The notes beneath the pieces were generated by a model. That model ran no database searches. It was not told where the DNA came from and saw nothing but the letters and a program-made list of their open reading frames with translations. A stretch of 42,429 nt of DNA from Acidobacteriota bacterium (GTDB lineage Bacteria > Acidobacteriota > Terriglobia > Terriglobales > Acidobacteriaceae), in contig JAJYGR010000001.1 in assembly GCA_021790655.1 (NCBI GenBank), positions 1-42,429 of the forward strand, written 5' to 3'. This document shows positions 16,350 to 25,342 of the stretch, piece after piece; the first letter of the stretch is position 1; each line of letters opens with the position of its first letter. A program made the position numbers and the translations under genes.

Positions 16350-16578
16350 CTCGGCTGGCAGAGATCACGCCGCCCATATGAAAACCTCTTTCCAACAGTG
16401 CCAGGGCGGCTCGTTCGGCCTGCTCATAGGCTTCTTCCGTACCCACGAGGACGTCGATTTGTTCGGCGAGAAGCCCGCTGATCGAGGTAGAACGTTTGGC
16501 CGCGAGCACTTTCGCTTTCTGAATGGTCTGTGGAGTCAGACTGACCGTAACATTTTGCTTCTTGATGGCTTGTGCCAT
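16330..16578 (-). CDS. Type II antitoxin (small, RHH-like N-terminus)
   Basis: MAQAIKKQNVTVSLTPQTIQKAKVLAAKRSTSISGLLAEQI... shows a beta-strand plus helix pattern. A GAGG RBS precedes ATG 16578. The gene lies upstream of and overlaps the PIN gene. Confidence 0.65.
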   Translation of the reverse strand: MAQAIKKQNVTVSLTPQTIQKAKVLAAKRSTSISGLLAEQIDVLVGTEEAYEQAERAALALLERGFHMGGVISASRDELHER

Positions 16579-16600
16579 GACATAGCTACCTCTTTTACTT

Positions 16601-16630
16601 ATTTTACGTGCTGCACGCATTTTACGTGCT
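16601..16630 (-). promoter_or_regulatory. Candidate operator: two identical 12-nt direct repeats upstream of the antitoxin gene
   Basis: The repeat attttacgtgct occurs at 16601-16612 and again at 16619-16630 (18-nt period, ACGT core). The nearer copy is 23 nt upstream of the antitoxin start. Confidence 0.45.
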
Positions 16631-16972
16631 TGCGTCGTTAACTGCAACTTCGGAGCTAGCACCAGCGTGGAGGACCTTCCGCGTCATTTCAGAGCGTTCC
16701 GATCCTGTGAGCGACTTTGGGTGAAACTCCCAGGACCGACTCGACCCGATACTTTGCACCGCTCCTGTAGCTTACGGCGCTCGTAACGCGCGTCAATCCC
16801 CATGGTTTGCAGCTAGACTAAATCCCATTGAGCACAACGGTTTTTAGTGCTGAACAGAAATTTATTATCCTCTTACACGAGCGATAACTATAGAAAGCAT
16901 CAAAGAAGCGAGTCTGTCCCTCTACTTCAAATCGCATAGACTGGTTACTGGAAACTTGACAAGCGCGGACCG

Positions 16973-17419
16973 TCAGAACTTCGCGATCAGCGTGACGCCA
17001 GCTATCAGCAGCAGACCTCCCAGGAATCTCCAGAGGTTCAGAGGATGCTGATCCATCCGAAACCAACCGAAGTGGTCAATCGCCAATGACATGATGAGCG
17101 CTGCCGTCACTGTGAAGCCGACAAACAGTCCTGTTCCCACCTTGGTGACAAGAGTAAGCCCGGCATAGACCTGAACTGCTCCAACCAATCCGCCTATGGC
17201 CGCCCACCAAGGCATGGATGCAATATCTTTTGCCGTGGGCAAAGGACGCGGCATGATGAGGAAAGCGCCAGTGAAAAAGAAGGTGATGAGCGCAAACGAT
17301 ATTGCTGAAGCAAGCCACGGATTCACGATCGACTTGTTCAGTTGACCGTTCATGGCCGCTCCGCACGATTGCAGCGCGCCGCCCAGAATGATAAATGGAA
17401 TGACCCAGCCAGCATTCAT
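16973..17419 (-). CDS. DMT-superfamily small membrane transporter (DUF606/YdcZ-like)
   Basis: The 148-aa product has five hydrophobic segments. The N-terminus WVIPFIILGGALQSCGAAMNGQL and the overall layout are typical of the family. Confidence 0.65.
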   Translation of the reverse strand: MNAGWVIPFIILGGALQSCGAAMNGQLNKSIVNPWLASAISFALITFFFTGAFLIMPRPLPTAKDIASMPWWAAIGGLVGAVQVYAGLTLVTKVGTGLFVGFTVTAALIMSLAIDHFGWFRMDQHPLNLWRFLGGLLLIAGVTLIAKF

Positions 17420-17461
17420 TGGATTCTCCTTGCGAAAAGTCGTTCATAAAGACCGAGCAAC

Positions 17462-18742
17462 TTACGGAATACAAAAAAGCGTCTTCATTAAAATCGCGGC
17501 TCCAATAGAAAGCAGCAAGGCTATGGGCATGGCTACCGCGCCAACCTTGAGGAACCGCCAGAAACTGACATCGAGCTTCTCCTTGCGCAAGGCAAGGAGC
17601 CACAGAATCGTTGCCAGCGATCCGGTGATCGAGAGGTTTGGTCCCAGATCGACGCCAATCAACACGGCATTCGCGATCAGGTCCTTGGCATGCGCGGCCT
17701 GCAATGTTCCGCCAGCAATGAGTCCGAGGGGAAGGTTGTTGACGAGGTTGTTTGCGACACCTACGGAAAAGCCCGTCACCAGAGCGCCTGCCGCAGGCAC
17801 GAGTCCTTGCACCCATGCCAGCCATGTCTGTGTTAGCTTCAGCGCACCGATACTTTCCACGGCGTCGACCATGACGAAGAGCCCAGCCACCAAAGCCAGC
17901 GTTCCCCAACTGATCTCGCGTGCCAGCCGCACTGGATTGCTGCGTGATTTGATGGACACGGCGGCGGTAATGGCCAGAGCAGCCAGGCAGGTCGGCAGGC
18001 CCAGGTCCTTGCCGAGAGAAGATGACGTGAGCAGTACAAGTACCATCGCTGCTATGCCACCGAGCACCAGCTTGCCGTTACCATTCAGCGGCTTCGACGC
18101 AACTTCGCATTCGAGCGAGGTACAGAGTTCTTTCCGAAAAAGCCACCGCATAACGGCGTAGGTCGCGGCAATCGAAAGGACGGATGGAACGTCGAACGAA
18201 AGCAGCCACTGTCCCAGCGGAGGCATGCCGGTGCGAAAAACCACCAGGTTCGCGGGATTGGAGATGGGCAACACAAACGACGCCGCATTCGCGATGAGAG
18301 CGCAGATGAATAGGTAGGGCAACGGCTCAACTTTGGCCTTGCGTACTGCTGTAAGAATTGCCGGCGTCAGCACCACTGCCGTCGCATCGTTGGACATGAA
18401 GATAGTGACTACGGTGCCGATACCGTAAACAAGGGTGAACAGCCGCGAGCACGATCCGTTTGCGTTTCGCACAGCGACCGACGAGAGCCAGTCGAAGACC
18501 CCGTATTCGCGCGCCAGTTCTGAGAGCACCATCATGCCGATCAAAAAGAGATATACGTCCGTCCCCTCCGCAACTGCCCGGCCTGCGAGCTGCAAGGGAA
18601 CCAGGCGCAGCAGAAGCAGTAAAAGCGCACCCCCACCAATCCAGTAGAACTCCGGGATACCGCGTGGACGGATAAGCATCAGCGCGATACTGACGGCCAC
18701 AATGAGTGGCAGCAGAATATGCGCCAGCGCAGGCGATATCAT
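17462..18742 (-). CDS. ArsB/NhaD-superfamily permease (arsenical-pump-like / anion permease)
   Basis: The 426-aa polytopic product contains GTDVYLFLIGMMVLSELAREYGVFDWL...IFMSNDATAVVLTPAIL...ANAASFVLPISNPANLVVF, which matches the ArsB/NhaD pattern. Confidence 0.8.
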   Translation of the reverse strand: MISPALAHILLPLIVAVSIALMLIRPRGIPEFYWIGGGALLLLLLRLVPLQLAGRAVAEGTDVYLFLIGMMVLSELAREYGVFDWLSSVAVRNANGSCSRLFTLVYGIGTVVTIFMSNDATAVVLTPAILTAVRKAKVEPLPYLFICALIANAASFVLPISNPANLVVFRTGMPPLGQWLLSFDVPSVLSIAATYAVMRWLFRKELCTSLECEVASKPLNGNGKLVLGGIAAMVLVLLTSSSLGKDLGLPTCLAALAITAAVSIKSRSNPVRLAREISWGTLALVAGLFVMVDAVESIGALKLTQTWLAWVQGLVPAAGALVTGFSVGVANNLVNNLPLGLIAGGTLQAAHAKDLIANAVLIGVDLGPNLSITGSLATILWLLALRKEKLDVSFWRFLKVGAVAMPIALLLSIGAAILMKTLFCIP

Positions 18743-19675
18743 CTACCACTTTCTCCCGTTCTTGTTCGGTCCCAATTGCGTACCCAGCAAGCCGTGCTCT
18801 GGCCAAGCCGCAAGTGCATTGTCCTGGTCGCGGTCGAATCTTTTTCTCGGTAGCATGACTGCGGCACCCACGGGCACTCGGATAGCGTCCTCTGCTGCCC
18901 TTCCGTCGGCATCTTCTGCATGTACCCGGAGCGAGTACACGCCTGACAAATGATTGGCAGGAAGGATCCCTTCCCAGACTTGGCTGCCCGTGATCCGTTG
19001 AAGTTCCAAGTTCTGCTCTGCGAAAGTCGCATGAACGCGCTGGATTTCGGTGTTACTCCAAACCTTGGCGCGGACACGAAGACCATCTCGTGCAGGACGG
19101 TGAACCAGGCTGGAATCTGTCATGAGGCGTTCGTCGCTCGGCGACGTAATCATGACCGCCGGCAGATCTCCCAATTCAAAAAAGCGCCAGCTTACAAATC
19201 CACCGTCTATATTTGTGACGGAGAAGCCGACCGGGCCTTCTTCGATCTGCCCTGTCGATCGAGTCGCTGTGTAGAGGGTTCGGCCGTCGTTGGCAATCTC
19301 GTTGTAGTGAGTGTGACCCATGTCGATCAACTGCACGTTGTACTTTCTCACGAGATCACGTAATTCTTCACTTCCGGCCTTCAGATCGCTGGGATAACAG
19401 TGCAGGAGCAGGATCTTGCCCTGCCCGCGGGCGCTCGCATTTTCAAGCTGTCCTTCGAGCCATTGCATCTGTTGCGACAGCATGGCAAAGGACCTGGGGT
19501 CTGGTATATCGAATGCGTTCATCGCAAGAAACCGCGTGTCACCCACCGCGAAGGCGTAGTGTGTCAGTCGCGCTATCGAGTCGAGAAAGTTTTGAAAGCT
19601 CTTCGCATGCACGTCATGGTCACCGAGGATCGCGCACCACGGAGCCCGCAGCCAGTCGAGTGACTGGCGCACCAC
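18743..19675 (-). CDS. Metallophosphoesterase (calcineurin-like), apparently lacking the N-terminal DxH motif
   Basis: The motifs ILGDHDVH, LLLHCYP and MGHTHYNE are present. The GDxxDDG motif (SHSFVYLPGDIADDG) lies upstream of the only listed start (GTG 19675), in the same frame. That frame is closed by a TAG about 30 codons further up, and there is no ATG in between. Confidence 0.7.
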   Translation of the reverse strand: MVRQSLDWLRAPWCAILGDHDVHAKSFQNFLDSIARLTHYAFAVGDTRFLAMNAFDIPDPRSFAMLSQQMQWLEGQLENASARGQGKILLLHCYPSDLKAGSEELRDLVRKYNVQLIDMGHTHYNEIANDGRTLYTATRSTGQIEEGPVGFSVTNIDGGFVSWRFFELGDLPAVMITSPSDERLMTDSSLVHRPARDGLRVRAKVWSNTEIQRVHATFAEQNLELQRITGSQVWEGILPANHLSGVYSLRVHAEDADGRAAEDAIRVPVGAAVMLPRKRFDRDQDNALAAWPEHGLLGTQLGPNKNGRKW

Positions 19676-19739
19676 CGCGTAGGCGGCACGACTGCCATCG
19701 TCGGCAATGTCTCCGGGCAGATATACGAAGCTGTGCGAC

Positions 19740-20276
19740 TCAGGAGGCGGAGAGCTTGAGACGTTCCACTCCGTCCGCTATTCTGTGGGGCCCATGCTGC
19801 TTCACGTCTGCCAGAGCGTCAGCCGTACGCGCAAATTCGAGCGCCCGATAATAATCGCCGCGCTTCAGCGCCTGGCTCGCTTTTTGCAGAGAATTCTTGT
19901 AGATCGCAATCAAGGCTTCTTGGCGCTCACCTCCATGCTCCCAGTGCTCCTCGGCTTTGCGGACCAGACACTCGAACTCATCCGTGACCGCACTTCCTAG
20001 GTCCTTAGCAAGTTGAGAGCTTCTTGCATTTTCACTGGCCGGTGCAGCAAAGTTCAGGTGTTCTGCCGCTCGGAGAAGCTCAGCCGCTTCCTTGATGTGG
20101 CCGCTCTGTAGTTCTTGCCGGGCCAGCGCGGCGAGCACGCTCACCTCTTCGGCGGGAGCCGGTTTGAGAGATCGCTGAAGAATCTCTACTCGGCCCATGT
20201 GCTCGTAGGCACGGCGCAGGTCTTTCGCTTCGTGACGGTTTTCGGCATGAAGTTTCGCGGCCTTCTTAGGGGGCAT
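19740..20276 (-). CDS. Hypothetical helical protein
   Basis: An AAGGA RBS precedes ATG 20276 (MPPKKAAKLHAENRHEAKDL...). The product is predicted all-helical (TPR-like pairs: GHIKEAAELLRAAEHL, GDYYRALEFARTA). No family was recognised. Confidence 0.5.
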   Translation of the reverse strand: MPPKKAAKLHAENRHEAKDLRRAYEHMGRVEILQRSLKPAPAEEVSVLAALARQELQSGHIKEAAELLRAAEHLNFAAPASENARSSQLAKDLGSAVTDEFECLVRKAEEHWEHGGERQEALIAIYKNSLQKASQALKRGDYYRALEFARTADALADVKQHGPHRIADGVERLKLSAS

Positions 20277-20528
20277 GGATGAATCCTTTCTCTGGGTAGT
20301 GCGTGAGATGCGAGAGATGGAGGCGCGGCGCATGGGCAGATTGTGCGCCGCATCCTGTCACTGGACCGGGTCGCTAAGATAAAATTCACGGCGGTTACCT
20401 CTCGCCCTTGGTTAAAGCACCTGCCATGCCATTCCGCGACAAAGATAGATGGCTTTGATTTCAAATACCTTGCGAGCAGAGGAGGAATCCATAGGGTGAA
20501 TCATTGACCGCTATCCACTCACCAACCG

Positions 20529-20633
20529 TGTACGCTTAGCGGACACTATACTCACCCGTAATCCCCGTCTTCACTCGGAAACGCACGAGACACAGCAGAT
20601 CCGCTGCCTGGGGATAATGGAATTTGAGTTGCA
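20529..20633 (+). promoter_or_regulatory. Sigma54-type promoter with upstream 17-bp dyad (kinase/regulator operon)
   Basis: The -24/-12 element is TGGaatttgagTTGCA at 20618-20633 (GG-N10-GC), about 30 nt before ATG 20664. The dyad TGTACGCTTAGCGGACA is at 20529-20545, centred 82 bp upstream of the GG. An extra half-site TGACCGCTA is at 20505-20513. Confidence 0.6.
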
Positions 20634-20663
20634 TGAACGTTATCGGAGCCTAGAGGAACCAGC

Positions 20664-22349
20664 ATGCAGGAGCATCGCCAAAGAACTCACATTGCAAAGC
20701 TTCTTTGGGGAAGTCTACGATCGCGCATTCTTTTGCTTGCTGTCCTCACCTGCCTGTTCCTCGCGGGCGCAGCGTTCAGCTTCTTCGCGTTCCTTCGCAG
20801 CAGCCATGCCGCTACGCTTTCAGCGGCGGAGAGTCATCTGGTCAATGTGGCCACTAGTCTCGCTCGCAACTATACCGAACACGCAGCCACCACGCTGTCT
20901 CTGCGCTCGGTTCGGCCGCTTCCACCGATGCACCCACCACCACCACCTCCGCCGCCCGGCGCGAGCGCTCCGTGGCCACCACCCCCACCTCCTCATCCAC
21001 CCGCTCCCGATCCGCTCGCCCAGCTTACGGCGCAGACCCTACGACAGGAACCTGGCATCGAAGGAGGATTTTTCGCTGCCGCCTCCAATACTCTGCTCGG
21101 GTACGCATTCCCCACGCATGAGGGTCCCGGACCCAGCAGGGTGATGCCCCTACGCGAACGCCCTACTATTGAGAGTCTGGTGCACGATGCTGTCGCGACT
21201 GGCTCCACCAAGACCTTCCGCTTTGAAGGGCCTCACGACGCCGTTCTCTTTGCGGCCGTGCCCATTTGGGAGTCGCAGGTTGGCACGCAAACCGCAAGCG
21301 CATCGGTTCCAGAAATCACCGGGGCGGTGTGGCTCATGGAGCGAATACCCGGCATCAACCGAGGACGCAACCGCCAACTTCTCTTCGGCAGTATTGGCTT
21401 CGGCGCCGCTGCGCTCATCACGGCCCTGCTGGCCTTTTTCGTTACAACGGAAGTTCGCAGCGGCGTGAACTCCGTTCTCGCGCACCTGGGAAGTCTCGAA
21501 GGCGGGTTATCTGGAAAGGTTGCCCAACCAACTGCTCGTCCTCCATTGGAGGAGTTCGATCGCGTGCTCCGTGGCATCGACGTGCTTGCGTTATCGCTGC
21601 AACAGAAGATTGAAAACGAGCGAGCGCTGGAGGCCCAGGTGCGTCACAAGGAGCGCCTCTCCGCGCTGGGACAGTTTGCCGCCGGCATTGCCCATGAGTT
21701 GCGCAATCCGCTGGCAACGATTCGCCTGCGGACACAGTTGACCCAACGCGCAAATGCCGACGCTGCAACCCAGAAGAACGCGGCTGTGGTTCTCGAAGAG
21801 ATCACGCGGCTCGACGCGATGATCGAACGTCTGCTCTATTTCTCGCGACCGATTCAACTCGTGATTCAGCCGACGGACTTGAGCGCGCTTTGCAACACGC
21901 TATTGCAATCGTGGTCGGGCCGCTTACACGAGGCGGGAGTTGAATCTGAATGTGCTGGCGCGGACCATCTGGAATGCGCCGTTGATAGCCCGAAGTTCCG
22001 GCAGGTGCTTGATAATCTCGTCTCCAACTCGTTGGAGGCTCTGCGGGAAAGTTTCAGACAACCAAGGAAAATTACGATTCGTCTCTCCGCCGAGGACCAT
22101 TTCGCTCAACTTCAGGTTGAAGACAACGGACCGGGACTTACTGCGGAAGCGCAATCGAAGGCATTCAATCCATTCTTTACGACGAAAGACCGGGGAACGG
22201 GACTGGGGCTATCGATCGCTTACGAAATTGTGAAGGCCCACGAAGGAGAACTCCGGCTGGAGAATCGAGCGGAGGGTGGCGCCGTCACAACCGTGCGGTT
22301 GCCGCTCACACGGAACTGGGAGGACTTGGGGACAGCAGATGAGCGATAA
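20664..22349 (+). CDS. Sensor histidine kinase (two TM helices, periplasmic domain with poly-proline insert, HAMP-like linker, HisKA, HATPase_c)
   Basis: The H-box is LSALGQFAAGIAHELRNPLATI. The N and G boxes are VLDNLVSNSLEAL, VEDNGPGL and GTGLGLSIAYEIV. The periplasmic stretch is PPMHPPPPPPPPGASAPWPPPPPPHPPAPDP. Confidence 0.9.
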   Translation: MQEHRQRTHIAKLLWGSLRSRILLLAVLTCLFLAGAAFSFFAFLRSSHAATLSAAESHLVNVATSLARNYTEHAATTLSLRSVRPLPPMHPPPPPPPPGASAPWPPPPPPHPPAPDPLAQLTAQTLRQEPGIEGGFFAAASNTLLGYAFPTHEGPGPSRVMPLRERPTIESLVHDAVATGSTKTFRFEGPHDAVLFAAVPIWESQVGTQTASASVPEITGAVWLMERIPGINRGRNRQLLFGSIGFGAAALITALLAFFVTTEVRSGVNSVLAHLGSLEGGLSGKVAQPTARPPLEEFDRVLRGIDVLALSLQQKIENERALEAQVRHKERLSALGQFAAGIAHELRNPLATIRLRTQLTQRANADAATQKNAAVVLEEITRLDAMIERLLYFSRPIQLVIQPTDLSALCNTLLQSWSGRLHEAGVESECAGADHLECAVDSPKFRQVLDNLVSNSLEALRESFRQPRKITIRLSAEDHFAQLQVEDNGPGLTAEAQSKAFNPFFTTKDRGTGLGLSIAYEIVKAHEGELRLENRAEGGAVTTVRLPLTRNWEDLGTADER

Positions 22350-23736
22350 GATTCTGGTTGTAGACGATGATGTCAATCTCCGGCGGACGCTCCGGGATGT
22401 TCTTGAGTCAGCCGGCTACGAGGTGGATGAGGCCGAGAATGGCCTAGGGGCGCTTGCACATCTCGATCAGGGGCCTTCCGATGCGGTCCTCTGCGATTGG
22501 AAGATGCCCGGGCAAGGCGGCGAGGGTTTGCTGCGGGCACTGATGATCCGCGAACCTGCGGAACAACTGCCTGTAATCATCATGACTGCACACGGCACTG
22601 GCCCCAATGCCATCACGGCGATGCAACTGGGCGCCTACGACTTCGTGACCAAGCCATTCGACATCGATGAGGTGCTCGCGACGGTACGACGCGCCCTGCA
22701 GCATGTTCGCCTGCAACGTGAGGTGGAACAGTTGCGCAATCACGAGCAGGAATCGCTGACGGCCATCGAAGAGAAGGAACACCGCCTGGTAGGCATATCC
22801 CGTGGGATGCTCGAAGTCTTCAAGTCCATTGGCCGCGTCGCAAAAACCGATGTGACGGTTCTGCTGCAAGGCGAGACGGGCACAGGCAAGGAACTTGCCG
22901 CATGCACCATTCACGAAAGGAGCTTCCGCAGCCAGCGCCCTTTTGTCGTTGTCAACTGCGCGGCGCTTCCTGCCGAATTGCTGGAATCCGAGTTGTTCGG
23001 TCACGAAAGAGGTGCCTTCACGGGTGCGACCAACCGCAAGCTCGGCAAATTCGAGAGTGCTTCCGGCGGGACTGTTTTCCTGGATGAGATTGGCGAACTT
23101 CCTCTGACGTTGCAGCCGAAATTGCTGCGTGTATTGCAGGAGCATACTTTCGAGCGTGTGGGTGGAACGGAATCCATTCATGCGGATTTTCGGATCATTG
23201 CCGCGACCAACCGTGTGCTCGAAGAAGAAGTCGAGGAAAAGCAGTTTCGCTCCGATCTCTACTATCGGCTGAAGGGTTTCAGTATCCAGTTACCCGCTCT
23301 GCGTGAGCGGCGCTCGGACATTCTGCCACTCGCCGAATACTTTCTGACCAGATTCAACCAGCAAAATCAACAACATGTCCCCGGATTTACAGAAGATGCG
23401 ATTGTCTTGCTGCAGCAGTATTCCTATCCCGGCAACATCCGGGAGTTGGAACATATCGTCGAGCGAGCCGCAGTCGAGGCTGCGGGACGCGCCATCACCA
23501 GGGAAATCGTCTCCAAGGCGCTTCCGGCTTTTGAATCTGGCCCGATAGAAACCACCTTGACTGGACTGCTACGCCTTCCGTTTCATGCGTCGGTTGCCGC
23601 ATGGGAGAAACGCCTGATCGAAGACGCCCTGACGGAAAGCGGCGGCAATAAAGCCGACGCTGCGAGAAAACTTCAGATTCATCGCAGACTTCTATACGAG
23701 AAGATGGAACAGCTAGGAATTGGGAAGCCTGAGTAA
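22339..23736 (+). CDS. Sigma54-dependent response regulator (NtrC family: receiver, AAA+, Fis-type HTH)
   Basis: The receiver is KILVVDDDVNLRRTL...DAVLCDWKMPG. Walker A is GETGTGKE. The sigma54-contact loop ERGAFTGAT (GAFTGA) and ESELFGHE are present. The C-terminal HTH is NKADAARKLQIHRRLLYEKM. I chose the start at ATG 22339, which overlaps the kinase stop. Confidence 0.92.
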   Translation: MSDKILVVDDDVNLRRTLRDVLESAGYEVDEAENGLGALAHLDQGPSDAVLCDWKMPGQGGEGLLRALMIREPAEQLPVIIMTAHGTGPNAITAMQLGAYDFVTKPFDIDEVLATVRRALQHVRLQREVEQLRNHEQESLTAIEEKEHRLVGISRGMLEVFKSIGRVAKTDVTVLLQGETGTGKELAACTIHERSFRSQRPFVVVNCAALPAELLESELFGHERGAFTGATNRKLGKFESASGGTVFLDEIGELPLTLQPKLLRVLQEHTFERVGGTESIHADFRIIAATNRVLEEEVEEKQFRSDLYYRLKGFSIQLPALRERRSDILPLAEYFLTRFNQQNQQHVPGFTEDAIVLLQQYSYPGNIRELEHIVERAAVEAAGRAITREIVSKALPAFESGPIETTLTGLLRLPFHASVAAWEKRLIEDALTESGGNKADAARKLQIHRRLLYEKMEQLGIGKPE

Positions 23737-23742
23737 TGATTC

Positions 23743-24057
23743 CTAATTTGACCCGTGGCGCAAGTCATCGACCATTTTCAGATACTCATCCCGATTGATT
23801 TCTCCCTTGGCATAGCGTTCGGCCGCAACCTGTATGCCCGCGCTTGCCACCGTTGGGCGAGAACCGCTGGCGTTCTTGCGGATAAATCTTTGCGCGCGAG
23901 GCCACAGGAGAACCGCCCCGATGAGGATCAATCCCCAAAAGACAACCTGGTCGAGCCCCGGCCCCAAACCGAGCGGCGGCCCAATGGGGCCGACGGCACA
24001 GCCCCCTTCAAAGATGAGTAACGAGAACGAAGCGACGATGAATACCAAATTCCTCAT
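23743..24057 (-). CDS. SHOCT-domain membrane protein
   Basis: There is an N-terminal hydrophobic segment followed by Cys (FSLLIFEGGC), a second TM helix, and a C-terminal AAERYAKGEINRDEYLKMVDDL, which is the SHOCT motif. Confidence 0.7.
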   Translation of the reverse strand: MRNLVFIVASFSLLIFEGGCAVGPIGPPLGLGPGLDQVVFWGLILIGAVLLWPRAQRFIRKNASGSRPTVASAGIQVAAERYAKGEINRDEYLKMVDDLRHGSN

Positions 24058-24119
24058 GACAACTCTCCTTTACGGGTGATCGTTCCTGTCGTTCGTAATG
24101 CGGCTTGCCATTTTCTCGC

Positions 24120-24656
24120 TCACGGCAAACGCACGACAAGGCCCGTGCTGATTGTTTTCGGGTTGAGACTGCTACCCATTTTCGGGTTGAGGTTGCTGCC
24201 CAGACCTGAAACTCCGCCGTAGCTGAACTCCACCACGCGCCAATCGATACGAGGCAGAATCGTCATATCCAATCCTCCTAAAAACTGATATTCAAAATCT
24301 GTGTCGGTTTGTTTCGCAACACCCTGCCCAAACTGGGTATGGCCAACCCCGATTAGGGCCTCCGCATAGGGCTGAAAAGGCAGTACATGGGGTATAAAAA
24401 CCAGCCGGGGACCGGCCAGGCCGCTGTCAAGTGTGGTCGAGCCAGTACCGAGAAATGCGGCGCGGAGGTCGATCCCAGCACCGAGGAACGGAACATGCCA
24501 GGGATCGTAATATGCTCCCAATGTAGGACCATACAGCCAACTGGTGTTTGGCCGATTGATCTCGGCCGTGCTGAACTCGCCATACACGCCAACCTGGGCC
24601 ATCGCGCCGAGTGCCGAAACGAGTAGCAGCAGTGGAGAGAAGCGTAACCATTTCAT
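24120..24656 (-). CDS. Small outer-membrane beta-barrel protein (OmpW/porin-family-like)
   Basis: I chose the start at ATG 24656. The signal peptide is MKWLRFSPLLLLVSALGAMAQ. Alternating beta-strand pattern runs throughout (YGEFS, GAYYD, GIDLRAAF, PYAEALIGVG, EYQFLGGLDM, VVEFSYG). Confidence 0.7.
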   Translation of the reverse strand: MKWLRFSPLLLLVSALGAMAQVGVYGEFSTAEINRPNTSWLYGPTLGAYYDPWHVPFLGAGIDLRAAFLGTGSTTLDSGLAGPRLVFIPHVLPFQPYAEALIGVGHTQFGQGVAKQTDTDFEYQFLGGLDMTILPRIDWRVVEFSYGGVSGLGSNLNPKMGSSLNPKTISTGLVVRLP

Positions 24657-24681
24657 TGACTGCCTCCTTTGAAAGTAGGAC

Positions 24682-25338
24682 TCATTGTAGTGGCGGTGGT
24701 GGCGGTGGAGGTACAGGTCCGCCAGGTGGAGGTGGCGGTGGTGGAGGTGATCCTGCAGGCGCACCTGTCGGTGGTGGCGCAGATGCAAAGGTCTGCTGGT
24801 TCGCAGTTACACTTTGCGCGAAAAGCGTCGTTTCGCCGCCGATCGCCTGTTGCTGTCCGCTTACCTGAATCAACGTGCCTCTGTTCAAAACGCCGCGCAG
24901 TTGTATTCCTAAATCTGGCGGAACACTCACGGCCACTCCATCGCGCAGTGTGAGCCCCTGCACCTCACCCTGTGGCCCATAAATGATGGTGCGCACATGG
25001 CTCGTGCGGGTGACAGGCGCCCCACCTGCGACTAAGCCAGCAGTAGCTGTTGGTGGCGGAGCGGGTGCATACCCAACAGGCGGCGGTGGCGGCGGTGCGC
25101 CGTATTGCGGAGGAGGAGGAGGAGGTGCACCGTATTGCGCTGGCGGAGGAGGAGGTGGCGCACCATATTGCGCTGGAGGTGGCGGCGGTGGTGGACACGT
25201 GCATGGTTGGGCCAGAGCTGGCGGTGGAGGGGGCGGTGGAGGTGGAACTGGCCGACAACCCGTGACCAGCAGAAGGCCCACCCCTGCTAACAACATGGAG
25301 CACATGGATGCGGTGATCGATTGCGAATGTAGTTTCAT
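24682..25338 (-). CDS. Poly-proline lipoprotein A (paralog of 25343-25966)
   Basis: The lipobox is LLLVTGC. Then come PPPPPPPPPP, three QYGAPPPPPP-type repeats, a beta-rich core (VRTIIYGPQGEVQGLTLRDGVAVSVPPDLG...GTLIQVSG) and a C-terminal PPPPPPPPGGPVPPPPPPP. I chose the start at ATG 25338. Confidence 0.7.
   Translation of the reverse strand: MKLHSQSITASMCSMLLAGVGLLLVTGCRPVPPPPPPPPPALAQPCTCPPPPPPPAQYGAPPPPPPAQYGAPPPPPPQYGAPPPPPPVGYAPAPPPTATAGLVAGGAPVTRTSHVRTIIYGPQGEVQGLTLRDGVAVSVPPDLGIQLRGVLNRGTLIQVSGQQQAIGGETTLFAQSVTANQQTFASAPPPTGAPAGSPPPPPPPPGGPVPPPPPPPLQ
25081..25197. repeat. Tandem repeat of about 30-33 nt (3 units) encoding (A)QYGAPPPPPP
   Basis: On the plus strand the units read ...ggtgcgccgtattgcggaggaggaggaggag / gtgcaccgtattgcgctggcggaggaggaggtg / gcgcaccatattgcgctggaggtggcggcggtggtgg. 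Two related units occur in the neighbouring gene at 25393-25440. Confidence 0.85.
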
Positions 25339-25342
25339 GGTG

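Noticed and set aside
17076-18806. Long alternative ORFs overlapping the ArsB/NhaD permease gene on both strands (17076-17909 minus, 17352-18161 plus, 18327-18806 minus).
   Set aside because: These are Arg/Ser/Ala-rich shadow frames typical of GC-rich DNA. The 426-aa minus-strand frame has clear polytopic membrane-protein and family motifs.
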